A stretch of 64,000 nt of DNA, taken from contig CBDEUM010000038.1 in NCBI GenBank assembly GCA_965242925.1, positions 96,001 to 160,000 on the forward strand, written 5' to 3'. The notes below the pieces were generated by a model, which was given only the letters and a program-made list of their open reading frames with translations, was not told the DNA's origin and ran no database searches. Of the stretch, positions 36,136 through 45,060 are shown piece by piece. Source of the stretch: Roseibacillus sp. Its GTDB lineage: Bacteria; Verrucomicrobiota; Verrucomicrobiia; Verrucomicrobiales; Akkermansiaceae. The position numbers were made by a program, and so were the translations under genes. The number at the start of each line of letters is the position of its first letter. The first letter of the stretch is position 1.

Positions 36136-38085
36136 TTGAAGATACCCAGAACATTCCTGTGGTGTGCCGCCTTGGCTTGCGCCATGGCGGAGTCGGTCAA
36201 CGGGGAGCTTGTCGTCGCCGAGAGTTTGGCCGTTACACCGTTTGCGACCGAGGATCAATTGTCCAATCCCGCCAGTATTGATGTTGATGATCGCGGACGG
36301 GTCTGGGTGGGTGAAGCGGTCAACTACCGCAAGAAGGACCGCAAGGAAGGTGACCGGATATTGATCCTGGAGGATAGCAACGGTGATGGTCGGGCGGACA
36401 AGACCAAGGTGTTTTACCAGGACCCCGACATCGACGGCGTCCATGGGGTCTGTGTGCTGGGCAACAAGGTGATTGTCTCGGCCCCGGACAGAATTCTTTT
36501 GCTCACTGACGCGGATGGTGATGACAGGGCGGAGGCAAAAAAATTATTATTCAGGGGCAAGGTCTTGAATCCGGTCCAGGGTCAGCACGACCATGCGATC
36601 CATGCCGTCATGTTCGGGCCGGACGGGCGGCTTTACTTTAACTTCGGCAACTTCAACGCCGGCCTGTGGCGGGCGGACGGCACCCTGGTGAAGGACGTTT
36701 TCGGCAATCCCGTGGATAACAGCCGCAAGCCTTATCAGGAAGGCATGGTCATTCGCTGCGAGATGGATGGCAGCCAGGTAGAGGTGCTCGGCTACAACTT
36801 TCGCAACAACTGGGAGGTGACGGTCGATTCCTTCGGCTCCATGTGGCAGTCCGACAACGACAATGGATCCAGTTCCTGCCGCGTGAACTTCGTCATGGAA
36901 TATGGCAATTACGGATACCGGGAGGAAATGACAGGCCGGGGATACCAGAGCAAGCGCACCAACATGGAAGCCACCATGCAGCGCCGCATGTGGCACCAGA
37001 ACGATCCCGGGGTGGTGCCAAACCTGCTCATCACTGGCTCGGGCGCACCCACCGGTATCCTCGTTTATGAGGGCGACCTGCTGCCTGAACCCTTTCGCGG
37101 GCAAATGATTCACGCTGAGCCCGGGCGCAACGTGGTGTGGGCATTTCCCACCAAGCAGGTCGGGGCCGGCTACAAGGCGCGCATCACCAACCTGGTTCAC
37201 AGCCAAGGAGATCGCAACTATCGGCCCTCGGACGTCTCGGTGGCGCCGGATGGTTCGCTCATCATTGCCGACTGGTTCGATCCGGTGGATTGCTGCCACC
37301 GCACCGTCAACGATGCGGGCCGGATCTTCCGGGTGGCACCTCCGGGCCATGCCCATGTGGTGCCTGACTTTGATTTCAAGACGCCTGCAGGTGCCACCAA
37401 GGCACTGCGGAACTCCAACCTGTCCGTCCGCTACAAGGCATGGACCGCCTTGCACGCCATGCAGGAAAAGGCCCGTCCCGCCCTGGGGAAGATGGCGACC
37501 AATGAAAACCCGCGTTTCCGGGCCCGCGCCTTGTGGGTTTTGGCCGCGATCAAGGACGGTGCCCAGAAGGCCATTGAGATGACATTGCAGGACGAGGACG
37601 CCAACCTGCGGGCCCTCGCTCTCCGCATCGCCCGGCGACATGGTCTGCCTATCGAACCTTTGGTGAGTCGCATGGTTCGCGACGAGTCCGCCCTGGTACG
37701 ACGGGAATGCGCCGTGTCCCTGCATCGCGTAGCCACCCCGGGTGCCGCCCGGTTGTGGGCCGAGCTCGCCCTCCAGCACGATGGCAGGGACCGATGGTAC
37801 CTGGAGGCTCTCGGCATCGGAGAAAAAGGGAATGAAACGGCCTGCCTCAACGCATGGCTCAAGAAAATTGGCGAGGCCTGGAAGGCCCCACCGGGCCGCG
37901 ACATTGTGTGGAGATCGCGGGCCCCGGAAGCGGCCGGTTTGCTGGCCCAGTTGGTTCTGGATCCCAAGGTGCCGGAGTCCGAGCATCCCCGTCTCATGCG
38001 GGCTTTTGACTTTCATTCCGGCAAAGCCAAAGAAGATGCCCTCGCCACCCTGTTGCTGAACTTGGACGCGCCAGCCAAACCTTGA
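36136..38085 (+). CDS. PVC-type sugar-dehydrogenase-like beta-propeller + HEAT repeats, without cytochrome c domain
   Basis: GDRILILED..GDG.AD, FGPDG.LYF, NFRN, RPSDV.VAPDG; HEAT-like helices; no CxxCH. Confidence 0.8.
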   Translation: MKIPRTFLWCAALACAMAESVNGELVVAESLAVTPFATEDQLSNPASIDVDDRGRVWVGEAVNYRKKDRKEGDRILILEDSNGDGRADKTKVFYQDPDIDGVHGVCVLGNKVIVSAPDRILLLTDADGDDRAEAKKLLFRGKVLNPVQGQHDHAIHAVMFGPDGRLYFNFGNFNAGLWRADGTLVKDVFGNPVDNSRKPYQEGMVIRCEMDGSQVEVLGYNFRNNWEVTVDSFGSMWQSDNDNGSSSCRVNFVMEYGNYGYREEMTGRGYQSKRTNMEATMQRRMWHQNDPGVVPNLLITGSGAPTGILVYEGDLLPEPFRGQMIHAEPGRNVVWAFPTKQVGAGYKARITNLVHSQGDRNYRPSDVSVAPDGSLIIADWFDPVDCCHRTVNDAGRIFRVAPPGHAHVVPDFDFKTPAGATKALRNSNLSVRYKAWTALHAMQEKARPALGKMATNENPRFRARALWVLAAIKDGAQKAIEMTLQDEDANLRALALRIARRHGLPIEPLVSRMVRDESALVRRECAVSLHRVATPGAARLWAELALQHDGRDRWYLEALGIGEKGNETACLNAWLKKIGEAWKAPPGRDIVWRSRAPEAAGLLAQLVLDPKVPESEHPRLMRAFDFHSGKAKEDALATLLLNLDAPAKP

Positions 38086-38230
38086 AAGGAGCCCGGGTTT
38101 GGACTCCTTCGGAATTTCCCAGGTTGCTTCATGGTGTCCGTGACGGACACGGGCCATGAGGATTTCCGTGCGCTCCACTCGGAGCTGGACCGAAAGTGGT
38201 GTGAAATGAAATAGTCAGCCAGTCAGGCTC

Positions 38231-39907
38231 ATGAATAATTTTTCCCGACAGTTTCTTGTCTTCTTGGTTCTTTTTTCCTGTCCACTCAAGGCAGCGCCTG
38301 GAGGCGCGGTGGCCACGGTCGATCCGATCGCGACTGATGCGGCTGTTAAGGCCCTGAAAAACGGAGGCAATGCCTTTGATGCAGCGGTAGCCGCCGGTCT
38401 GACATTGGGTGTTGTCAATGGATACAATTCAGGGATTGGCGGTGGTTGCTTCGTGGTGGCGCGATCAGCTAATGGGAAGGTGATGACACTCAATGGTCGG
38501 GAACGGGCTCCGGCCAAGGCTCACCGGGACATGTATCTGCGCAATGGCAAGGCGGATACAAATCTAAGCCAAACCGGAGCTTTGGCCATCGGGGTTCCCG
38601 GGGCACTGAAGGCCTACTCTGAACTGAGTGAGAAACATGGCAAACTCCCCTTCAGTGAACATCTGAGGAATGCAGCTGCAATTGCCGAAAGGGGGTTTCC
38701 GATCCCCAGTGCCTACGCTGGGCGAATCCGGGCAAAGGTGAGCGATATAAAGAGGTTTCCCGCTGCTTCCAAAATACTAATGGATCAAACCGGGAGTCCC
38801 ATGGGGGTAGGACAAACTCTAAAGCAGCCGGATCTGGCCAATACCTATCGACAGGTGGCCAGACACGGGACTGATTGGTTTTACAAGGGGCCTTTTGCAG
38901 AGAAGACAGCCGCCTGGATGAAGAGTAATGGTGGCATTATAACCGCTGCCGATTTTGCCAGGTATCATACGACCGATTTGGATCCGGTGCGCACGGCTTA
39001 TCGGGGTTATACAATTCTGGGAATGCCCCCACCCAGTTCAGGCGGGATTCATGTGGCCCAGATCCTTAATATGCTGGAGGGATATGATCTGCAGAAAATC
39101 GGTCCCAATTCGGTAGACTTTTATCATATCATTGCCGAATCCATGAAACTGGCTTTTGCGGACCGGGCCCATTGGTTGGGCGATCCCGCCTTTGTCAGAG
39201 TGCCCAAGGGACTGGTGGATAAGGGATACGCCAGGGAGTTGGCTGGGAGGATTGATCTCAGGAAGGCTTCGGTCGTGAAAACCCATGGAACCCCGCTCCG
39301 AGCCAATGAGGATGTGTTCAACAAACACACCACCCACTTTTCCTGTGCCGACAGTGAAGGCAACTGGGTGGCAATTACCGCCACCATTAATACTTCCTTC
39401 GGGTCCAAGGTTGTTATTCCCGGCACCGGGGTGATCATGAATAATGAAATGGATGATTTTGCCGCGGCTCCCGGGGTGCCCAATGCCTTCGGGTTATTGG
39501 GGGCCGAGGCTAACTCGGTAGCCCCGGGTAAACGTCCTTTGTCGAGCATGAGCCCGACAATCGTAATGAAGAACAATAAACCCATTCTGGCAGTGGGTGC
39601 AGCGGGTGGGCCGACAATTATTACCCAGACTCTCCTGACCCTCATTCACACCCTGGACTATGGTTTGCCTGTCAAGGAGGCACTGGGGCAACCGCACTTC
39701 CACCATCAATGGAAGCCCGATTCAATTCGGATTGAAAGAAAAGCGGGCGAAGCTGTCTTGAAAGGCCTGAGGGAGCGGGGCCACCAGCTAAAGGTGTACA
39801 GCAGCATGGGAGCGACTCAGGCAGTGGGCTTTTTTGACGGTCAATTTCAGGCGGCTCATGATCCCCGGCTTAAAGGTAAGGCTGTCGTTCTCAGGCCCTC
39901 CAAATAG
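38231..39907 (+). CDS. ggt: Gamma-glutamyltransferase
   Basis: SGIGGG, HTTHFS autocleavage Thr, NNEMDDF, PLSSMSP, GAAGG. Confidence 0.95.
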   Translation: MNNFSRQFLVFLVLFSCPLKAAPGGAVATVDPIATDAAVKALKNGGNAFDAAVAAGLTLGVVNGYNSGIGGGCFVVARSANGKVMTLNGRERAPAKAHRDMYLRNGKADTNLSQTGALAIGVPGALKAYSELSEKHGKLPFSEHLRNAAAIAERGFPIPSAYAGRIRAKVSDIKRFPAASKILMDQTGSPMGVGQTLKQPDLANTYRQVARHGTDWFYKGPFAEKTAAWMKSNGGIITAADFARYHTTDLDPVRTAYRGYTILGMPPPSSGGIHVAQILNMLEGYDLQKIGPNSVDFYHIIAESMKLAFADRAHWLGDPAFVRVPKGLVDKGYARELAGRIDLRKASVVKTHGTPLRANEDVFNKHTTHFSCADSEGNWVAITATINTSFGSKVVIPGTGVIMNNEMDDFAAAPGVPNAFGLLGAEANSVAPGKRPLSSMSPTIVMKNNKPILAVGAAGGPTIITQTLLTLIHTLDYGLPVKEALGQPHFHHQWKPDSIRIERKAGEAVLKGLRERGHQLKVYSSMGATQAVGFFDGQFQAAHDPRLKGKAVVLRPSK

Positions 39908-39926
39908 GGTTGGTTTCACTGATTTT

Positions 39927-41117
39927 ATGAGGCGAAACACTACCCTGATCACAAGTTTCTGCGCGGGCGCCCTGCTTTTCACTGCTTTCCATGTGAGTGC
40001 GGCAGAGCACGGGTTGGATGAGAAGGTGCTATCTCAGATCCCCGAAAACCTTCAGGCCATCGTCGACCGCGCCCAGAGCACCGGCATGGTCACTTTGGTG
40101 GCCCGCAATGGGAAGATCGCGTCCATCGATGCGGTGGGCTGGCGGATCATGGACAAGGAGCCGCTGGAGACCACGGACGTTTTTTGGGCCGCCTCGATCA
40201 CCAAACCCTTCGTTGCGGTCGCCATCATGATGATGGTCGATGAAGGACATCTGCAGCTCGACGACCTGGTGGAGAAACACATTCCGGAATTCAAGGGGCA
40301 GAAAGTGAAGACTGGAAAGAGGAGTTCGGAAACGGCTGAACATCCATTGACCGTTCGTAATTTGCTCAATCACCTGGATGGTCTCCCGAAGAACTCGACC
40401 AGAAATCGGGCCACGAAATCCATCAAGGAGCGTGTGCTCAAATCCGCAAAGGATACGCTGATGTGGGAACCCGGAACGAAATGGATGTACGGGGGCGAGG
40501 GCCTTTACGTCGCAGCCTATCTCGTGGAAAAGTATTCCGACATGCCATACGCCGAGTTTCTGAAGACCCGAATGCTCGATCCTCTCGGCATGAAGAACAC
40601 CTACTTCAGCATCAAGAACGTGCCCGAGAACCGGGCGGCCCGGAAACATAGCAAGACAAAGAAAGGCAAATGGGAAGCGGAGAAAATGCGCGACTTCAAT
40701 TGGAGCACCGGCGGCAGCTATTTCGCGGTGGATGGCGGATTCTTCTCCACCGCCGAGGACCTGTTTCCCTGGTGCCAGATGCTTCTCAACGGCGGTGAAT
40801 ACGGCGGTGTCCGCTACCTCTCGGAGAAATCCGTTCGCGAGCTGACGCGCAAGCAAACCGGCGACGTGAAGCCTGCCGGGCACGGTCCCGGAAACTTTCA
40901 TGCCCTTGCCTTTCAGGAGGCCGTGGAACCGCAGGGCGTTACGGCGGCCCTGACCAAGGGGAGCTTCGGGAAAGGCGGATCCGGTGGATCGATGACCTGG
41001 GTCGATCCCAGCACCAAGACCATCTATATCATGCTGCAGAACGCAGGGGGTGGGGATAGAAATCTCACCCACTCCACCTTTCTTGATACGGCCGCCAAGG
41101 CGATACCTTCGAAATGA
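39927..41117 (+). CDS. Beta-lactamase-family serine hydrolase, exported
   Basis: ASITK (SxxK), LLNH, EPG..W.Y, PLGMKNT. Confidence 0.88.
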   Translation: MRRNTTLITSFCAGALLFTAFHVSAAEHGLDEKVLSQIPENLQAIVDRAQSTGMVTLVARNGKIASIDAVGWRIMDKEPLETTDVFWAASITKPFVAVAIMMMVDEGHLQLDDLVEKHIPEFKGQKVKTGKRSSETAEHPLTVRNLLNHLDGLPKNSTRNRATKSIKERVLKSAKDTLMWEPGTKWMYGGEGLYVAAYLVEKYSDMPYAEFLKTRMLDPLGMKNTYFSIKNVPENRAARKHSKTKKGKWEAEKMRDFNWSTGGSYFAVDGGFFSTAEDLFPWCQMLLNGGEYGGVRYLSEKSVRELTRKQTGDVKPAGHGPGNFHALAFQEAVEPQGVTAALTKGSFGKGGSGGSMTWVDPSTKTIYIMLQNAGGGDRNLTHSTFLDTAAKAIPSK

Positions 41118-41174
41118 AGTTTTTCCCCCCAAGGCCCAAAGGGAGAAGTTCCCAGAGGAAAGGATAAACCCACG

Positions 41175-42614
41175 ATGAAAATACGAATGCCCGTTGACCT
41201 CGGCCTGTTCGCCGCGCTGTTGTCCCTGGTGGGGGCGGGGGCGGCGGAGGCGGAGGCAAAAAATCTCAACGTCCTTTTCATCATCTCGGACGACCTCACC
41301 GCGACGGCCCTGGGCTGTTACGGCAATAGGATCTGCAGGACTCCCAATATCGACACGCTGGCCACCCAAGGCACCCGTTTCACCAGGGCCTATTGCCAGG
41401 CCACTTTCTGCGGGCCCTCGCGGGCTTCTCTCCTGTTCGGGTATTATCCCTATGCCACCAAGGCAAACGGCTATACCAGCGGGCGTGAGAAGGTTGGCCC
41501 CGACAAGGACAGTTGGCCGCAGTACTTCCGCAGGAACGGTTATCACAGTGCCCGGGTCTCGAAGGTGTTTCACATGGGGGTGCCGCCCGATATTGTCAAG
41601 GGAGGCGACGGTGCCGACGACCCCGCGTCCTGGGACGAGAAATTCAACAGCCGCGGACCCGAGACCTGGGCTCCGGGCAAAGGGGAAACCTTGCAGGACA
41701 ATCCCGACGGCACGAAGAAGCTGGCCGGGGGCAACCGCTTCGTGGTGGTGGAGGCGGAGGGTGACGACTTGGTCCACTCCGACGGCAAGACCGCCCAGAA
41801 GACGATCGAGTTGATTCACCGCTACAAGGACCTGGACAAACCGTTCTTTCTGGCCGTTGGGTTCGTGCGTCCGCACGTCCCCTTCGTGGCCCCGAAGAAG
41901 TACTTCGACCTCTACGACCCCGAGGACATGGTCCTCCCCCCGAAAATTCCCGGTGACCGGGACGACATACCACTCAACTCTGCAAATCGCAGGACCACCG
42001 CCAACTACAGGATGAACGTGCTCCAGCAAAAGAAACTGGTGGCCGGGTATTACGCATCGGTAACCTACATGGACGCGATGGTGGGCAAGGTGCTCGAGGC
42101 CTTGGACAAAAGTGGCCAACGTGACGACACCATCGTGATCTTTACCAGCGACCACGGCTATCACCTCGGCGAACACGACATGTGGTCCAAGGTGAGCGTG
42201 CACAGGGAGTCGGCCCAGGTGCCCTTGATCATTTGTGTGCCGGGCAAGAAACCGGCGGTCTGCCATTCCTTCGCCGAGTTGCTCGATCTCTACCCCACGG
42301 TGTCGAAGTTGTGCGGCTTGAAAATACCCGGCAACCTACAGGGCAAGGACATATCGTTCATGCTCGACGACCCGGCCGTCAAGGTGCGCGACGCCGTCCT
42401 CTGCAGTGGCAAAGGCAGACTGCTCCGCACAGAAAAATGGGCTTTGCTCGACTACGGAAAGGACGGGGAACTCTATGACATGGAGAAAGATCCCAGACAA
42501 TACGACAACCTCATCGACGACCCGGCATACGCCAAGACCCTCGCCGAGCTGCGGCAAAAACTGAAAGCCAAGCTAAGCGAAATAGGCAAGAACGACCTGA
42601 GCCCAGACCAGTAG
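41175..42614 (+). CDS. Sulfatase (iduronate-2-sulfatase-like S1)
   Basis: ISDDL, CGPSRAS, RPHVP, SDHGYHLGEH. Confidence 0.92.
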   Translation: MKIRMPVDLGLFAALLSLVGAGAAEAEAKNLNVLFIISDDLTATALGCYGNRICRTPNIDTLATQGTRFTRAYCQATFCGPSRASLLFGYYPYATKANGYTSGREKVGPDKDSWPQYFRRNGYHSARVSKVFHMGVPPDIVKGGDGADDPASWDEKFNSRGPETWAPGKGETLQDNPDGTKKLAGGNRFVVVEAEGDDLVHSDGKTAQKTIELIHRYKDLDKPFFLAVGFVRPHVPFVAPKKYFDLYDPEDMVLPPKIPGDRDDIPLNSANRRTTANYRMNVLQQKKLVAGYYASVTYMDAMVGKVLEALDKSGQRDDTIVIFTSDHGYHLGEHDMWSKVSVHRESAQVPLIICVPGKKPAVCHSFAELLDLYPTVSKLCGLKIPGNLQGKDISFMLDDPAVKVRDAVLCSGKGRLLRTEKWALLDYGKDGELYDMEKDPRQYDNLIDDPAYAKTLAELRQKLKAKLSEIGKNDLSPDQ

Positions 42615-42623
42615 AAAAAAGAG

Positions 42624-45023
42624 ATGAGCACACCTCACCTATTCCTACTTGCCTTCCTGCTCCCTCTTGCAGTTTGGGCCGAGCCAGAAAAGCCGAACAT
42701 TGTTTTGATCATGGCGGATGACCTCGGAGTGGAGGGGTTGGGGTGTTATGGCGGCACGAGTTATTCCACACCGCGACTGGATCGGATGGCGGCCGAGGGA
42801 ATCCGGTTCCGGCACGCGTATTCGCAGCCGCTTTGTACGAACACGCGCATCCAGCTCATGACCGGCCGGTACAATAACCGCAACTGGACATACTTTGGCA
42901 CGCTTGATCCCAAGGCAAAGACGATCGGCCACTACATGCAGGAGGCGGGCTATCACACCTGCATTGCGGGCAAGTGGCAGCTGCAGAGTTACGATCCGCC
43001 CAGCTATCCCGGCGCGCACCTGCGCCGCGGCAAGGGCATGAAGGTGACCGAAGCGGGTTTTGACGAGTACAGCCTGTTTCATTCCTGGCACACCGAGGAC
43101 AAGGGCCTGCGCTTTGCCCAGCCGACCACATTCGAGAACGGCAAGCTGCTGAAGGAGCTGAAGGGCAAGTATGGGCCGGATCATTGGGTGGATTTCATCA
43201 ACGACTTCATCAAACGCAGGAAGGGCAGCGACAAGCCGTTCTTTGTTTATTACGCGATGGCTCTGCCACATCGTCCGTTCGAGCCCACGCCGGACAGCGC
43301 TGACTGGAACGACGGCATCCCGTCGGCCACCGAAGACACCAAATATTTTTCGGGCATGGTCGAGTACATGGACAAATGCGTCGGCCGCGTGGTGCAGCAA
43401 ATCGATGATCTCGGTTTGAGCAAAAACACGCTCGTCATTTTTTACGGCGACAACGGCACCCACCGGAAGATCACCTCGCAAACCCGGCGCGGCCCCGTGG
43501 TTGGCGGAAAGGGACGCGCCACTGATGCAGGCACACACGTGCCCTTGATCGTATGCTGGCCCGGGCGGATTCAACCGGGCATCAATGACAACCTTGTGGA
43601 CTCCACTGATTTCCTGCCCACAATTATGGAGACCGCCCAGCGCCCCATTCCCGCCCGGGCCAAGCTCGACGGCATCAGCTTTTATCCGCAACTGCTTGGC
43701 CAACCCGTCCAGCCGCGCCCGTGGGTGTTTTGCCATTACGATCCGCGGCCGGGTTGGGATAAGGATCAGTTCCGCAAAATTCGCTTTGCCCGCGACAAAC
43801 GCTTCAAGCTCTACGGCAACGGCAAACTCTACGACGTGCCCAACGATAAACTCGAGCAGAGGCCGATCACCAGGGACACTCCAGAATCCAGCGCCGCCCG
43901 CCAACACCTCGCTGCCGTGTTGAAAGCACAACCCAATCCCGACCCCGCCCAGCGCGATGGTGATCCGCGCGACACCGAGCAGCGCCTGTACCTCGCCGCC
44001 GGCGGCCAGCTCAGTGTGTATGCCCTCAACAAGGGCACCGGCCGGCTGTCGCCCCTGCAGCAGCTCCCACTTCCCGGCGCCGGCCCGTTCACCTTTGCAC
44101 CCAACCGCAAGCTGATGTACGCCACTGCCACGGTGAACGCACAAAAGAAAGATCCTGCAATCACCACGTTGGCCATCGACAAGATCGGCAAACTCAAACT
44201 CCTCAACCGCGCCGCCGTCAACCTGCGTCCCGGATATTTGATGACCGATAACAACGGAGAATTTCTCGCCGGCAACCATTACGGCCCGGGCAAGGCGACC
44301 GTATGGGAAATCGACCCGATCTATCGCGGCACCACCATCAGCGAGCTCACGCTCGAACAACGAGCGCATAGTGCCGTGTTTTCGCCGGACAACCATTGGC
44401 TGCTCGTTCCCGCCACCGGCCCGAACAAGGTGTTCATCAACCAATTCACCGCGCAGGTCGGCACCACCCAGCCACACGTCCCTCCCTTTGCCATGGGGCC
44501 CGACGGCGAATACGAGGCGCGTCAACCCCGGCATCTCATTTTTCATCCAAACCTGTCCATCGCCTACACCACCAACGAGCGTGAGCAGCCTGGTGTCGGC
44601 GCGTGGCAATGGGACACCGAGAAAGGCCGACTGACACCCATGCAAAATATCGTTACGCAACCGAAAGGGTTCACCGGTAAAATCACGACTGCCGACCTGC
44701 ACCTGACGCCAGATGCAAAGTTTCTCTACCTATCCAACCGGGACATCACCGCTCGTCACGCGCCCACCGGAAAGGACAGCATCGTCGCCTTCAGTGTCGA
44801 CCCGCAAAACGGTCGTCTAAAAAAGATCGGCTACTATCCGTGCGAACGTGTGCCGCGATCGTTCACCATTGATAAGCTCGGCAAGTTCCTTTACGTCGCA
44901 GGCCAAACCGACGCGCGACTGGGCGCGTATCGGATTGAAAACACCGGCGCACTAAAAAAAATCACGCAATACAAAGTGGGCAAAGGCCCGATCTGGGTGG
45001 AAACACTTTCTCTCCCCGAATAA
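42624..45023 (+). CDS. Sulfatase fused to a lactonase-family 7-bladed beta-propeller
   Basis: N-terminal MADDLG, CTNTRIQLMTG, GKWQL, GDNGT; C-terminal NHYG.G, AHS..FSPD, PRHL.FHP, ADLHLTPD.KFLY.SNR, PRSF. Confidence 0.88.
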   Translation: MSTPHLFLLAFLLPLAVWAEPEKPNIVLIMADDLGVEGLGCYGGTSYSTPRLDRMAAEGIRFRHAYSQPLCTNTRIQLMTGRYNNRNWTYFGTLDPKAKTIGHYMQEAGYHTCIAGKWQLQSYDPPSYPGAHLRRGKGMKVTEAGFDEYSLFHSWHTEDKGLRFAQPTTFENGKLLKELKGKYGPDHWVDFINDFIKRRKGSDKPFFVYYAMALPHRPFEPTPDSADWNDGIPSATEDTKYFSGMVEYMDKCVGRVVQQIDDLGLSKNTLVIFYGDNGTHRKITSQTRRGPVVGGKGRATDAGTHVPLIVCWPGRIQPGINDNLVDSTDFLPTIMETAQRPIPARAKLDGISFYPQLLGQPVQPRPWVFCHYDPRPGWDKDQFRKIRFARDKRFKLYGNGKLYDVPNDKLEQRPITRDTPESSAARQHLAAVLKAQPNPDPAQRDGDPRDTEQRLYLAAGGQLSVYALNKGTGRLSPLQQLPLPGAGPFTFAPNRKLMYATATVNAQKKDPAITTLAIDKIGKLKLLNRAAVNLRPGYLMTDNNGEFLAGNHYGPGKATVWEIDPIYRGTTISELTLEQRAHSAVFSPDNHWLLVPATGPNKVFINQFTAQVGTTQPHVPPFAMGPDGEYEARQPRHLIFHPNLSIAYTTNEREQPGVGAWQWDTEKGRLTPMQNIVTQPKGFTGKITTADLHLTPDAKFLYLSNRDITARHAPTGKDSIVAFSVDPQNGRLKKIGYYPCERVPRSFTIDKLGKFLYVAGQTDARLGAYRIENTGALKKITQYKVGKGPIWVETLSLPE

Positions 45024-45060
45024 TCAGAACGTCATGATTCATTAGGATAAGAACACCTTT

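Noticed and set aside
40029..44702. Long antisense ORFs (745 aa at 40029-42266, 685 aa at 42645-44702, and similar ones elsewhere)
   Set aside because: They shadow well-supported plus-strand genes, have no recognisable motifs, and are expected from high-GC codon bias.
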